From: a virus
DNA length: 64,000 nucleotides
Strand: one strand, 5' to 3'
Virus record (IMG/VR): IMGVR_UViG_3300022752_000023
Span: 80,421 to 144,420 of that record
The first letter of the stretch is position 1; each line of letters starts with the position of its first letter. Made by a program: the position numbers and the translations under genes. Below are positions 29,001 to 38,923 of this stretch, piece after piece. The notes beneath the pieces were generated by a model. That model did not search any database. It was given only the letters and a program-made list of their open reading frames with translations, and had not been told where the DNA came from.

Positions 29001-30766
29001 GCATGTGCTCGCGATAAATCCCGTTGCAGCTCAAAGCGTTGAGTTTTATATGCGTACCCAGCCTTCATGTATTCTTCTGTGCCGATCTGGTCCGTCATGT
29101 AAGCGCGGAATAACCGGTCATCTGCGCCGCTTTCGCGCGCCATGTTGTAGAGGCCCTGAACGCCTTGCTGCCCGGCCATCTCAGCGAGGTTAAACGTCTT
29201 ACCCTTGTATTCGTATTTGTCCTCTCCGCGTTGATATGCTTGCATCGCGGCGGCCAACTGCGTGTCTTTGTACTTATCTGGATTTTCAGACACGAGTCGA
29301 TTCATAGACGCTAGCGCGCGCCCGACAGACGAAGCGTCGCCGCGGGTAGACATAGCCGACATGCGGGCCTCGGCTTCGGCGCGGTTTAGCTTGCCAAAAC
29401 CGGGCTTTTCAAACACACCCGCGTCAGCCATGGCTTGCCCGCGCAATAGATCGCCGGCAAGCCCCTTTTCAGCTGTAACTTCCTGCAACCCCATACCGCG
29501 GGCCATGGCCTTCTTTTCGGCAGCAATGGCGTTCAAGTTTTGCAGGTCAGTATTTGTGTCGCGAGCGGCTAATCGAATTTCGCGCACTAGCGATTCAACT
29601 TTGCCGCCGCCCATACTACCCTGAGCGCCGTTTGTTAAATGTTGCAAATTAGCAATAAGTTGCTGAATCGGCGCATTTGGATTGCCATTGTCGCCAAAGA
29701 TTTCTCTGATCGCAGACACGGCGCCGTTGTATTCTTTAACGGCGCGCGACACGTTCTTTGCGTCCAGCGCGTTCGCTGCCAACCCAAAGCCGCTCATCTG
29801 CTCAATTTCTTCAGCAGATTTAGCGCGCGGATCTTTCGCTTGAAATTTATCGACTTCACTCAGTGTCGAGTCGAGGCGCTGCCGAAACGACGGGAGTTTG
29901 TCCGCCAGCATAATTTTTTGTTCTTCTTCGCTGGCGGATGCGTAAGCGGCGTCACGCGACATCAACTCCGAGTGCCCAAACTGTCTAGACAACTCGTTCA
30001 TTGTTTTGTCGTCGCGCTTAGTGCGGCTGATCGCTTTTACGCGGTCCGCTGCTGACAGCGCGCCAATGCTCTGCGGTAGGCGACCCTGCTGGAACAGAGT
30101 CTCCATCATCTCGCCGCTAGCCACCGCCCCGAACCCGTGCATTTCCCCGAGATTGGCATCTTCGCCGTACAGATTTTGATATACATTCTGCGAGAATTGC
30201 TTTAACGAGTCTGACGACATGCGCGGCCCTTGGCCGGCTGCGTCCGGTCTAAAAAAACCGATACGGTTGGTGGCCGCGGCGATCGCCGTCGGGTCGCCCC
30301 GGCGGCCAAACATAATACCTTCAAGGTTCTCGGCGCCGATCTGCGACGCGGCAAACTGTTTAAATATTGGGTTGTTTAATACGCGAGCGCCGATATTTGC
30401 ATGCTCGCGGTCTAGGTCTGTTACGGGTTGCCCGCCGTTAACAAGACGCTGCGCGCCAATTAACTTTTGCGCCACCTGCGAATTGCCGGCCATGTTCGCG
30501 GCTTCAATTGCCGCGACACCGTGACGCTGATAACGAGCGGCCGTGAACTGGTCCAGAAGGGCCTGCCCGGGCGCCTGATGCGCCAAAAACGCGTCCGGCC
30601 CGAACATGCTTTTTACCAGTCCGGGGGCGTACATGTTGGCCATATAGCCAAACGCGTCGTCTACGTGGGTGGCGTTTTGAAACGGAGAGTATACGGGCGG
30701 AGCGTATGGGTTACCCGTATAATTTTGCGTAAAGCCAGCGGCGTTTTGTGTGTGATATTGAGCCAT
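26093..30766 (-). CDS. Tape measure protein (1557 aa)
   Basis: Long Ala/Gly/Gln/Met-rich helical protein, no Cys, after chaperones and before hub. Confidence 0.8.
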   Translation of the reverse strand: MAQYHTQNAAGFTQNYTGNPYAPPVYSPFQNATHVDDAFGYMANMYAPGLVKSMFGPDAFLAHQAPGQALLDQFTAARYQRHGVAAIEAANMAGNSQVAQKLIGAQRLVNGGQPVTDLDREHANIGARVLNNPIFKQFAASQIGAENLEGIMFGRRGDPTAIAAATNRIGFFRPDAAGQGPRMSSDSLKQFSQNVYQNLYGEDANLGEMHGFGAVASGEMMETLFQQGRLPQSIGALSAADRVKAISRTKRDDKTMNELSRQFGHSELMSRDAAYASASEEEQKIMLADKLPSFRQRLDSTLSEVDKFQAKDPRAKSAEEIEQMSGFGLAANALDAKNVSRAVKEYNGAVSAIREIFGDNGNPNAPIQQLIANLQHLTNGAQGSMGGGKVESLVREIRLAARDTNTDLQNLNAIAAEKKAMARGMGLQEVTAEKGLAGDLLRGQAMADAGVFEKPGFGKLNRAEAEARMSAMSTRGDASSVGRALASMNRLVSENPDKYKDTQLAAAMQAYQRGEDKYEYKGKTFNLAEMAGQQGVQGLYNMARESGADDRLFRAYMTDQIGTEEYMKAGYAYKTQRFELQRDLSRAHAGAIVDRMGSDEFKKLKPSGMSEEDFHSRNSTLATSFATKMTGIMMDETADMTPEERVKTLEKRGKEELVRYFKSSAGGGLKGAAAERMAEQYFNAFYGANESDRRDTLLATYSETSASSQKRTGVSIEAHKQMHHQGATDEATVKEEMNKRRAARFKLAGRGTESTLAQRFGDELENLASENAGIQEGSLKRLFAIASEDSLLQSYAPDMQEGLVAAARMYTQASVTEKQIDTLADAAQKNPDGNEAKQLKIMAGVDPGKKLTADELGQLRGAAKMKSADTAAGSTDAERAKNEQQRNRAELIVRGYNTGKAEDVQVAAKAMAQQTLGAGATTAQIEKFASAALAADSTDFEKQMSAAWDGWGGLSEEKKEQARGIAQALRGSRDIGGLAGAGLEQTPVDVAKAQKRGTAATNRVASDASKNIYDALEKNYDKAEYEKLRPKGMSDSQFETQRKRRLRQISLAVSNVAVNMDDTLGKSDEDRALIMTSRMTQQLTDQFVMEGMDPETAKAEARKQLTAVLGSDKDAIVRRTNSALKIAEEAKRAHGQGVASATEKVTADQQAVLDEVGKDPTGAAFATAFADKEKRQQLLTLPAADAVKLFNKMDPAAQKTAMDQFKTALSAPPELVKKMKGLTDDDLANMRRIHAAISESKTGAGVSSQNITPEQVQQLNRSGHAPTSNQPDKPAAVTTHVQKRTDAIAEIDAELAQIEERNKNNWLDYNAEDKERKKELQTRRDAIKSQAHEQQYTVYDPYNAMGNAAGQSFSLSELRGGAVKDGVADGRPQHERVFLPYNAGYTEEQAKQDVERYGTNAEKAAFRHRGGAKKVNVTAEDGSVTQVVEKPHARMVAEQALLDANTKTPVQDMRQRLAELEKKKKKHWWIRGGGDYFDDDKDQARYNYLSDTISQYDSAQAARGMGGGGGDMNVNGTLTLHGLSEAVLAATGHRMEDTPDNGPAVDMAGGTGANYGK

Positions 30767-30775
30767 ACGCCACCG

Positions 30776-31186
30776 TTATTTTCCGCCATTCAGTTCTTTG
30801 TATCGTTCAATAAGTTCCTGCGCTGATTTATCAGCTATTATAGCTTTTTTGGGGCTCGCTTTTGGTGTGTCTTTTGCTGCGTCTTTCTGCTCTTCTTTTG
30901 TATGATCCCACGGAAAAAGCGCAGTTTGAATATTTTCTAACAGTTCGATTGCTCTCGTTTTGGCGTTACCAAAACTCTCTTCGGTCAGGCTGCCGTGCGC
31001 GACAAGAGCGAGCCAGTGCCTGTGAGCTGCTTGCATGAGTTCATAATTTTCTCGTCGCGCCATTTCTGTAAGCGTTAACAGGTGCTTTATTCGCCATTGT
31101 CTATTTTTGGGATCGGCACCGGTGTAATCAATCACACCGGAAACGGCAGCCCGCACCATAAAGGCTGCTACCCGATCCCGTTCCAA
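30776..31186 (-). CDS. Tail assembly chaperone, second ORF (possible -1 frameshift extension)
   Basis: Overlaps the upstream ORF in the -1 frame, directly upstream of tape measure. Confidence 0.55.
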   Translation of the reverse strand: MERDRVAAFMVRAAVSGVIDYTGADPKNRQWRIKHLLTLTEMARRENYELMQAAHRHWLALVAHGSLTEESFGNAKTRAIELLENIQTALFPWDHTKEEQKDAAKDTPKASPKKAIIADKSAQELIERYKELNGGK

Positions 31187-32157
31187 AAACTTGGTTCAAG
31201 CGCCATAGCTTCCATCGCTTCAACCAGACGCTGAAACTTGCGCAAGTGCGTAGCAGCCAAACGCCGCGTTACTTCATGCGAAAGCGCTTTACTATGCACA
31301 AATTCTCGCGCCGCCGGAAGCGCTGTTTGGTTGGGCTTATCTGGGTTAAGCTCGATCTTGAAATCGCTCAGCTGCGGCACAATAACAAGCGGCTTTCCGT
31401 TGGCGTCGTAGACCGCGGCGAGCGAGCAGGCCATGCGGTATTCGAACAGCCGTAGAAACCACTCAGCTTCTGACAGGATCAGGCCGTCATTCTGGTCAAG
31501 CAGCAACTGACGCTGCACGTCGAAATTTTCGTCGGCCAGCATACTGCGGAATTCCAACACAATCTTGCCGCCCATTAACTCAAACCTGCGTGTAAACCGC
31601 GCGCCGCCAAGAATCGTGACGAGAAAGTCTTCTTTATCGCGGTCCGTTACTTCGACGTCGAATTTCTGCTGCATATCCCAGCCGCAGCGCGGGCAGAACG
31701 GCAGAAGGGCCATCGGCGGCACGATGTTCTCTTCTGGCGCCACGGGAGCTTCGGGTACGGGCGTCTCTGGCGCTACCGTGTTCGCTGCGGGGCCAGCGTT
31801 TTCTGTTGCCGGTGCTTCTCTGTCGTCGATGATTTCGGTATCTTGCAGCTGTGCGTACATCTCACGCACGCTATCCGGCATGTTTGCTGTTTCTTCTTCA
31901 AACTGTTCTTTCTGCGCTTTTTTCTTGGCCACTTCTTTTGCCTCGCGCAGCATGGTTTTGATATTTTCAACATCCTCTTCTTTCATCGCGTCTTTGTCGA
32001 TGAGGACGTCTACGCGTGAGGTCGGCGGCAGTGTGTCTTTAATCCGCAGCATAAGCGGTCCAAGCTCGGCGGGAATTGGATCGTCTTTGCGCCAGCCGAA
32101 CTGCTCTAGCGTTTTCTTTGTGAAGTCCGATACGTAAACGTTTTCAACCAGTTCCAT
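31168..32157 (-). CDS. Tail assembly chaperone-like protein
   Basis: Acidic, CPRC motif; position between tube/spike and tape measure. Confidence 0.55.
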   Translation of the reverse strand: MELVENVYVSDFTKKTLEQFGWRKDDPIPAELGPLMLRIKDTLPPTSRVDVLIDKDAMKEEDVENIKTMLREAKEVAKKKAQKEQFEEETANMPDSVREMYAQLQDTEIIDDREAPATENAGPAANTVAPETPVPEAPVAPEENIVPPMALLPFCPRCGWDMQQKFDVEVTDRDKEDFLVTILGGARFTRRFELMGGKIVLEFRSMLADENFDVQRQLLLDQNDGLILSEAEWFLRLFEYRMACSLAAVYDANGKPLVIVPQLSDFKIELNPDKPNQTALPAAREFVHSKALSHEVTRRLAATHLRKFQRLVEAMEAMALEPSFWNGIG

Positions 32158-32171
32158 AATCAGCTCCTTCG

Positions 32172-35072
32172 TTACTTTCGCGGGATGATAGGATAGTTAC
32201 CGTTGATGATCTTTGGCTTGTTGGGTTTGAATTCCGGTTTTTCGTATTCAGACGAAAGATTGGGTGCCGTGCCGCGAGACTGGTCAATATAGCCGTCTTC
32301 AATCTGCACGATTTTGAAATCTTGTTCGACGTACGCTGGCTCAGAGTTAAGCCACTTGTCGCCGGGAAACGGAAAGGTTTTGCCGCACGACTTAGCGATA
32401 ACTGGCCGCTCGGTCCATTTGTCGTCACTCTTTCCACCTAGCCGCGCCATTTGCTGCCACCGATCCTCGTAAAGCATGAAGTCTGGAATCTTGTAATCTT
32501 CGTCGCGCCGAAACGAGAACTCAATAACGTTAATAGTCTTATTGTTACCGGCGCGTTTTTCTTTGTACCAAAGTTCTTGTAGTTTTTGTTCGTCAATATC
32601 GTTGCCCACTTGTGGAACGTCGTTGTCGATGAGTTGTTCAAAAATATCGACGATTGTGCGGACCTGCGCGGCGCCGTCATCGTCGAGCGGGCCGACGAGC
32701 GGAAAAGACATTTTGCCCGCACGTTCTGTCAGAATATGACCTTTACCAACTAAAATGTCTTTAGTGGTCATAATGTGTCCGCCAACAAAGACATCGCCGT
32801 CGGTACCAATCGGCCCGCAAAGCAGTGTTTGTTCTGACCGGAACATGTTTGCCTTATTTGTTCCGCCGATTTTTTGTCCGCCAAAAAAGTGATAAATTTC
32901 GCCGGCTTCTTTTAAATAGCTGTAAAAGTTTTGTGATTTTGTAATAAGGTCTTTTTCGCCCATAGCTGCGTCGAGCACGATGTCGCCGGGTTTAATGTTG
33001 CCGCCACCCGTGCGCATATAAATCTGGTGCGCTAGCCCCACTACGTTCGAGTACGGCGCCCGAGCAACCACGCCAGCGAACTTGATCTGGTCGCCGCACT
33101 GCTCGAAGTCGTACTCGATGGTTTTGCCGCGCGATTCCAGTAGAATGCCGCCCTCGCGATCTGACGTTTCGTTACCGGCGAACACCAGTACGTTGCGCTC
33201 GGCTTTGATGCGGACGTTCTTCTCTGTCGCGGATACGTCGACGCTTTTGTTTGCGCGCAGAATGACGTCGTTACCGCCCCACGCTTGCACGTCGCGGCCG
33301 CCTTTGAGCCACACGTCGCCCGGGGCCGAAATGATTACACACCCGGCTACCATTCGGATCTCGCCGCCATATCCGTCACCAATGACTACGCCGCCGTCCT
33401 CAAGCAACGAGATATACGACTCTTGTTCGTAAAACTTCTGCTCGTTGTAGCGATGGTCGATCTTCCATTCTTTCGGCGTCGGCTCTTTTAGGTACATCGA
33501 GCCTTTGAGCTGACTAAACTCAGGAATCTTTTGATTAACGTCGGCGTAGCCTTCTTGCCGCAGTTCTTGCTCTTCCCACGTCTTGTAATCTTTTTCGTGC
33601 CAGTAGAACGGGTGTAAACCGGCGTAATTAAACAAGTAGCCGTGGAGATCTAGTACAGCCGTGGCGCGCTGCATGTTCGGCCACTTGCTGTCGGTGGTTT
33701 TGATATCACCGGTGATTTTATGGTCTGGGCCGCTGCCGTACATACTAGCGGCTTTATAGTTCGTTTCGGCGTCGTCACCTTCGCCAGACTCGGGTCTGCG
33801 GAGACGTTGCGGCATGGGCAGTAGAATGCGTTTAGATAACACAATGCCCTTAGACGACGTAATGAACCGCCGACCGTCCAACGCAGTGTTGTCTTCTTGT
33901 AATCCGTATACGGGTTTTTCTTTGTGTTCTTTTTCTTTGCTGCCGCCACCGCAATCTGGCGTGAAACCGTCTTTGCCGCGAATACTAGATTCGTACGGTT
34001 TGATCGCTTCGCCTGCGTCCCCGGGTTTATACGTCCAGCGCTGCACGCCTTTCGGCGGCGCGTGCGTAATTGTGCGCGCGCCTTGGCCTAAATACCCAAA
34101 GAATTTTTGCGTGCGGTGATATGGCTGTTGAAACTCGTTTTTATTTTCCCAATGCGTGTAATAGGGCACGCCAAGCGGGCACTGATAATCTTTCGGCTGA
34201 AACTCTTGCACCATCGGCATGCCGGGTTCAATCATTCCGGCGGCTTCCCACGGATACGGCGAGTACCCTGTGCTGTCATTGCACTCAGCCTGATCCATGT
34301 AGGAGTCGCGCTCGCTGCCGGCCGTCCAAACCTGCATGTTGTAACCAGCCACGCGCAACATCTGATCGTGGTAAAAACCGTACACGCCGCAAAACTCGTT
34401 AATCGAGGCGCGAAACATAAAGTCGTCGAGGGTAATGCCAGCGCCTGTGGTTGTCATGGCGCCCCACTCGCTGGCTAATGTGGCGTCCCACGGGCGCCAG
34501 CACGACCAGTCGACCATCTGACCGTTTAGCTTCTCTTTGATGTATTTTTTCTGACAGTCATCTACCCGTTTACGGCTAGCCTGCGAGATGTAGTCGTGAT
34601 AGGCGCGCTTGCCGATATCTAAAACGCTCGGGACACAGCCAACGATATACGCCTGCCCAAGCCTGTCATGAATCATGACTACAACGGGCGTACCGGGAGC
34701 GTACGTGTTAATAGCCGACGCCCCGAAACACACCTGACTCGTCGTTGAAAGCGCGGACGCAATAATCGGCGCGCGCGACTTCTCGACAAACACCTTGTAG
34801 CAATTGGCGATTGCCGTGCCGTCGACGATCAGACCGGTGCAGAGCCGGCCGGTGTCTTGAAAGCCGGCTTTATACCCGTGTAATTTAGAGAACGGGTCTG
34901 AGACAGCCTGCACCTGCGCGCCGTAAGCGGCTGTTCCGGTGCGGCTAGATGATAGTTTTTGTGCTACAAGCCGGGCGGCCTGTCCGAGATCGTAGGAATG
35001 TTGCTGCCCGGTTTGTGGTGTATTACTGACCGGTTTACCCGGCGGGGTAACTCCCATTTTATTTGCCACCAA
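32172..35072 (-). CDS. Baseplate central spike (gp5/VgrG-like)
   Basis: N-terminal OB-fold-like PGTPVVV...AYIVG; beta-helix segment SYISLLEDGGVVIGDGYGGEIRM..G.V.ISAPGDV. Confidence 0.65.
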   Translation of the reverse strand: MVANKMGVTPPGKPVSNTPQTGQQHSYDLGQAARLVAQKLSSSRTGTAAYGAQVQAVSDPFSKLHGYKAGFQDTGRLCTGLIVDGTAIANCYKVFVEKSRAPIIASALSTTSQVCFGASAINTYAPGTPVVVMIHDRLGQAYIVGCVPSVLDIGKRAYHDYISQASRKRVDDCQKKYIKEKLNGQMVDWSCWRPWDATLASEWGAMTTTGAGITLDDFMFRASINEFCGVYGFYHDQMLRVAGYNMQVWTAGSERDSYMDQAECNDSTGYSPYPWEAAGMIEPGMPMVQEFQPKDYQCPLGVPYYTHWENKNEFQQPYHRTQKFFGYLGQGARTITHAPPKGVQRWTYKPGDAGEAIKPYESSIRGKDGFTPDCGGGSKEKEHKEKPVYGLQEDNTALDGRRFITSSKGIVLSKRILLPMPQRLRRPESGEGDDAETNYKAASMYGSGPDHKITGDIKTTDSKWPNMQRATAVLDLHGYLFNYAGLHPFYWHEKDYKTWEEQELRQEGYADVNQKIPEFSQLKGSMYLKEPTPKEWKIDHRYNEQKFYEQESYISLLEDGGVVIGDGYGGEIRMVAGCVIISAPGDVWLKGGRDVQAWGGNDVILRANKSVDVSATEKNVRIKAERNVLVFAGNETSDREGGILLESRGKTIEYDFEQCGDQIKFAGVVARAPYSNVVGLAHQIYMRTGGGNIKPGDIVLDAAMGEKDLITKSQNFYSYLKEAGEIYHFFGGQKIGGTNKANMFRSEQTLLCGPIGTDGDVFVGGHIMTTKDILVGKGHILTERAGKMSFPLVGPLDDDGAAQVRTIVDIFEQLIDNDVPQVGNDIDEQKLQELWYKEKRAGNNKTINVIEFSFRRDEDYKIPDFMLYEDRWQQMARLGGKSDDKWTERPVIAKSCGKTFPFPGDKWLNSEPAYVEQDFKIVQIEDGYIDQSRGTAPNLSSEYEKPEFKPNKPKIINGNYPIIPRK

Positions 35073-35121
35073 ATAGGTGTGGTTACGGGCATTACGCCCA
35101 AGGCTTTGCAGCCTAATACCA

Positions 35122-35156
35122 TAAGCGGCGGCTGCGTTTTGCGCAACCGCCGCTTA
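35122..35156 (-). terminator. Stem-loop after tail tube gene (terminator/stabiliser)
   Basis: TAAGCGGCGGTTGCG/CGCAGCCGCCGCTTA 15-bp stem with one G-U on the minus strand; weak U tract. Confidence 0.55.
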
Positions 35157-35183
35157 CTTAATTGCCTATATTACCGACTAGAA

Positions 35184-35627
35184 TCACTCGTCTTCAAGAT
35201 CCGAGAAGATGAAGCCGAGATTTTCCGTCAGCACAATTTCCTGCGCTGTAATGCTGGCGCCGATCGACGTGAGCGTGGCGTCAAGCATTGTGTACTTTCG
35301 CTTGGCTTTCGAGCACTTCGGTCCGCCGCGGCCGGTAGCGTTTAACACGAGCTTGTCGGGGGAGCACATGTTGCCAAACTTTTTAATGAGTTGACGCATG
35401 GCGGTGTTACCACCAACCACGCGACTCATCTGGCACTGGCCCTGACGCCGGTTACCGACGTAGTACACATTATTCGAACCAATCTCGTACAGCATGTTCA
35501 CTGTGCGGTTGCACGTGAATTGAACCTGCTGTACAAGCACCGCCTTTTGGCCGCCCAGCGTAAGCTCTAAATCTTCCGCGCGGAACGAACCAACGTGCGT
35601 CTGCTTATTTCCGAAACTAGCTGGCAT
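35184..35627 (-). CDS. Tail tube protein
   Basis: 147 aa immediately after sheath; LVQQVQF...R.VN.LYEIGS motif. Confidence 0.8.
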   Translation of the reverse strand: MPASFGNKQTHVGSFRAEDLELTLGGQKAVLVQQVQFTCNRTVNMLYEIGSNNVYYVGNRRQGQCQMSRVVGGNTAMRQLIKKFGNMCSPDKLVLNATGRGGPKCSKAKRKYTMLDATLTSIGASITAQEIVLTENLGFIFSDLEDE

Positions 35628-35676
35628 AGCTCACCTAACCTTTGTTGTGTGTGTGCTTTACTTTTGGTTAATTCCG

Positions 35677-38600
35677 TCAGACAACTAAATGCAGCTCAAT
35701 GTTGTTGAGCGGCGCCGGGACAACAAGATCGAGCACAATTTCGATGCGATCCTTGAGCAGCGGATGAATCTGCAGCGTCCGAATCTCACCAGAAATCAGT
35801 TGCGAACCGAGTTCTTGCGTATTTCCGTTAGTCGAAAGGAAATCAATTACGTTACCCACTTCGTACTCAAGAACCGCAAGCATACCGGGCTGCGCGTTCG
35901 TGCGGCCGATATACGGACGCAGACGACGGTAGAACAGGTACGACATGCTGTCGACGTTGCGCCGGATCATTTCTTCGCGGCGGTTTAGGTCGAGATTGTC
36001 GGTCGTGAGCGCGTGCCGCGTGTGCGGGGTGCCGTCACGATCTTCAGTCACGATCCAGACGCCGGCCTCAGCCATGCGGTTAAGCTGGGTTTCGTTGAGG
36101 TACTTGTAAGAACGCGAGAAGTCGTCGAACCCGGCTACCTCTACGTTCGTCAGCGGCTGGTGGGGCACCACACCGGAGACGAGACCGGCCAGCGCGGCCG
36201 CGAGGTAGTAACCGGGCTGGATCGTGCCGGCTTCGCCGACCTGATCCGGCCACACGGCGCACACGCGGCGGTTCGACAGCGAGCCGCCTTGCTGCGCAAT
36301 GTCTTCAACAATCTCGTTGCGGTTGCGGTTATGCCAGATTTCGACGCGCTGCGGAACTGTAACCGCGGCGTCAGCGCCGGAGTACAGCAGCAGAGTCGAT
36401 TCCGAAATAACTTGATCCACGACGTATTCTTCGTACTGCTCTTCGCCGAAACCGTCGACGGCGTAGTTATAACGAACGATGTCGCCGGGGCGGACATCAT
36501 TCGTGATAAAGTAGCCGTTGCCCGACGTAACGGTAAGCCGCGTATACTGCGTGTTCGTGGCGTTCGGGTCGTCGGCCAGCACGGCAAGAACCGGCTCGTT
36601 AACCGTTTCGCCAAGTACACCTTCGATGCTGACGCCTTCACCAACAACCTTTACGGTCGGAACCGCCTTGAGGGCGAAGAAGCCGGCCTTCCAGTTGTTC
36701 GCGTACTCATTCGACTCGCCGCCGATGTGCGCAGCCCACAGGTTTTGAATCCTGCGGTCAAACGTCATCGGAACAAGGTTGTACAGATCGTCGCGACCCT
36801 TGATGCGCTCCAGCACCTGTACCCACTTGTCGAGATCCGGTCCGAGCGAGCGACCCTCTTCGTCGTACTTCTCGGGATCGGCGACGGCGGTGTACTTTAC
36901 AACGGTGCCGTTGCTGTTGCTGAGCGCCTTGTAAACGCCCCACTTCAGCGGGTTATCGGGATCGAGCTGGCCCTTGATTTGATCGAGATCGGCGACGTCG
37001 CTGATCGAGTTGACCTGATCGGCCAGCTCGGACAGCCACTCACGATACTCGACGTAAACCTTGCCAGACATGACAGGCAGCGGCTGCTCGGCGCCGGCGC
37101 TTGTCCACTCGGGGTGGTAAGCAACGATGCCTTCTTGCACGCAGATCTGCGTATCTTCGTACCAGAAGTTGGTCATCGGGGCGTATCCGATCCGATTCTT
37201 CGAGATCTGGATATCGTCCTTGATGAACAGCTTGAGGTCCATGTCTTCGCCGCTGATCAGCTGGCAGGTTGCTGTGGCTGTAGTGCCTTCCTCGTCGCCC
37301 GGGGCGGCGATCGTGATCGTCGGGGCGGCGGTATAACCAGCGCCACGATTGGTCACGGTGATGGCAACAACCTTACCCGCGTTCTCACCTGTGCCGAGTA
37401 CCGCAACACCTGTGGCAGTTTGATTCTGCACAAGGTTGCCTGTCGGCGCAGAGAACGTAACTGTCGGGGGCGTCACATAGCCGGAACCGGCGTTTGTGAT
37501 GCTAACCGGACCAACCTTGTCGACCGGCGCGCCATCTTGTGTGAGCAGCGAGGTCGGAAGGTCGTCGCGCAGGATGAGCTTGCGCACCGGACCAGCCTTG
37601 CTCGAATTCACTGTGATGTACCACTTGTCACCCTTGCGCAGGCCGTCAACAGCGTAGTTATCTTCTTGATCGGTCGCGCCTGTGAAGCGAACCTTTACGC
37701 CGTTAGTGCCGATCGCTACGCCGACCGCGTTGAGGCCAACGCCGTCGCCGGTAACTTCTGTCGGGCCGGAGAAATCGAGACCCTTGACCGTGCGCACCGT
37801 GATCTCGGGGAGCTGATCCCAGCGACCACCCTTGGTGCACTCGATGACGTAGGTGTCGTTCTTTGCGCCAACGTACTTGGCCAGAATGTCAACCGCGCCG
37901 TTGACGCCGTTCACAGACTCTTCGGTCTGGTAGGGGCCGTCGGCTTCCGATACCGCCTTGACCTTTTCATAGGTCTGGTGAATGTCGAACTTCCACTTCT
38001 GGCCAACGACGAAGTTGTCGTTGCCGGTCGTGGTGAAACGAACCGACAGGCCGCGCGTGCCGACAAAGGTCACGCCGTCAGCATCGTCGAAATCGTTCGG
38101 CTGGATTTCAGCCTGATCGTCGGTGCCGCTGGCCGAAGTGACACGCAGACGGGCAGCGTTGCAACCCGAAATTGTGCTCTTGATAACTTCGACAACGTAC
38201 TCTTCTTCAACGTAGCCGTCGACGAGGCCGTCATAATCGTTGGCGCCTTCGTCTTCGGCTGTCAGCACCGTGACCGCAACAGCGTTATCAACACCCTCGA
38301 TCTGCGTGACGGTTACGTCAACGCCGTTCGGGCTGGTGGCTGTGTAGCTGTCTTGATTGTTAACGTCGGCTGTGGCGGGCAGGATGCGCGACGGAACAAG
38401 ATCGCTCGCGAAACCTGTGACGTATGTCTCAAGCACGGTCTCTTCGCAATCGTTGTCCGCGCTTACAGTGCGAAGCTGCACAACGTCGCCAAGCTGCACG
38501 TCGCGGTCGAGGAACGCACTCGAACGCGGATAAGCCGCGCCGTTCGACTTGAACGACAGCGTGCTGGACTGAATCCAGTTAGTCTTACCGGGAACAGCTG

Positions 38601-38904
38601 TGATCGTCGTGTCGCCTTCGCCCATGTTGTGGACGTAGTACTGCAGCATCGCGTCGTCAACGTAAACCTTTACATAAGGCAGGTCGACAACGGAGCCGGG
38701 TTTACGTTGCGGCCACGGATAGCATGTATCGTTGAGACGATCGTATTGACCGAGAAGCGAGTGCTGCTTCTCGTCTGTATTACCATAGCGGTGAAGGATA
38801 GCGTGCGGACCAGCGATGTGGGCGCGCAGCGGCTCCGTGATCTCCGTGGGGACGATACGGAACTCTTGGAAAACGAGTACTTGCGGTTTTACGTAGCTCG
38901 ACAT
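35677..38904 (-). CDS. Contractile tail sheath protein (1075 aa)
   Basis: MSSYVKPQV.V.QE N-terminus; YYLAAALAG, HQPLTN, RHALTTD, P.P.NNIEL.L C-terminal sheath motifs. Confidence 0.9.
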   Translation of the reverse strand: MSSYVKPQVLVFQEFRIVPTEITEPLRAHIAGPHAILHRYGNTDEKQHSLLGQYDRLNDTCYPWPQRKPGSVVDLPYVKVYVDDAMLQYYVHNMGEGDTTITAVPGKTNWIQSSTLSFKSNGAAYPRSSAFLDRDVQLGDVVQLRTVSADNDCEETVLETYVTGFASDLVPSRILPATADVNNQDSYTATSPNGVDVTVTQIEGVDNAVAVTVLTAEDEGANDYDGLVDGYVEEEYVVEVIKSTISGCNAARLRVTSASGTDDQAEIQPNDFDDADGVTFVGTRGLSVRFTTTGNDNFVVGQKWKFDIHQTYEKVKAVSEADGPYQTEESVNGVNGAVDILAKYVGAKNDTYVIECTKGGRWDQLPEITVRTVKGLDFSGPTEVTGDGVGLNAVGVAIGTNGVKVRFTGATDQEDNYAVDGLRKGDKWYITVNSSKAGPVRKLILRDDLPTSLLTQDGAPVDKVGPVSITNAGSGYVTPPTVTFSAPTGNLVQNQTATGVAVLGTGENAGKVVAITVTNRGAGYTAAPTITIAAPGDEEGTTATATCQLISGEDMDLKLFIKDDIQISKNRIGYAPMTNFWYEDTQICVQEGIVAYHPEWTSAGAEQPLPVMSGKVYVEYREWLSELADQVNSISDVADLDQIKGQLDPDNPLKWGVYKALSNSNGTVVKYTAVADPEKYDEEGRSLGPDLDKWVQVLERIKGRDDLYNLVPMTFDRRIQNLWAAHIGGESNEYANNWKAGFFALKAVPTVKVVGEGVSIEGVLGETVNEPVLAVLADDPNATNTQYTRLTVTSGNGYFITNDVRPGDIVRYNYAVDGFGEEQYEEYVVDQVISESTLLLYSGADAAVTVPQRVEIWHNRNRNEIVEDIAQQGGSLSNRRVCAVWPDQVGEAGTIQPGYYLAAALAGLVSGVVPHQPLTNVEVAGFDDFSRSYKYLNETQLNRMAEAGVWIVTEDRDGTPHTRHALTTDNLDLNRREEMIRRNVDSMSYLFYRRLRPYIGRTNAQPGMLAVLEYEVGNVIDFLSTNGNTQELGSQLISGEIRTLQIHPLLKDRIEIVLDLVVPAPLNNIELHLVV

Positions 38905-38911
38905 ACGTCTC

Positions 38912-38923
38912 GGCCTCCGTGCC
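38912..38923 (-). promoter_or_regulatory. CsrA/RsmA-type hairpin on the sheath SD (GGC-ACGGAG-GCC)
   Basis: One of about 10 covarying CANGGANG hairpins at start sites. Confidence 0.6.

Noticed and set aside
17228-38904. Extracellular contractile injection system or T6SS
   Set aside because: Capsid, scaffold, prohead protease and neck genes in the same run indicate a true phage
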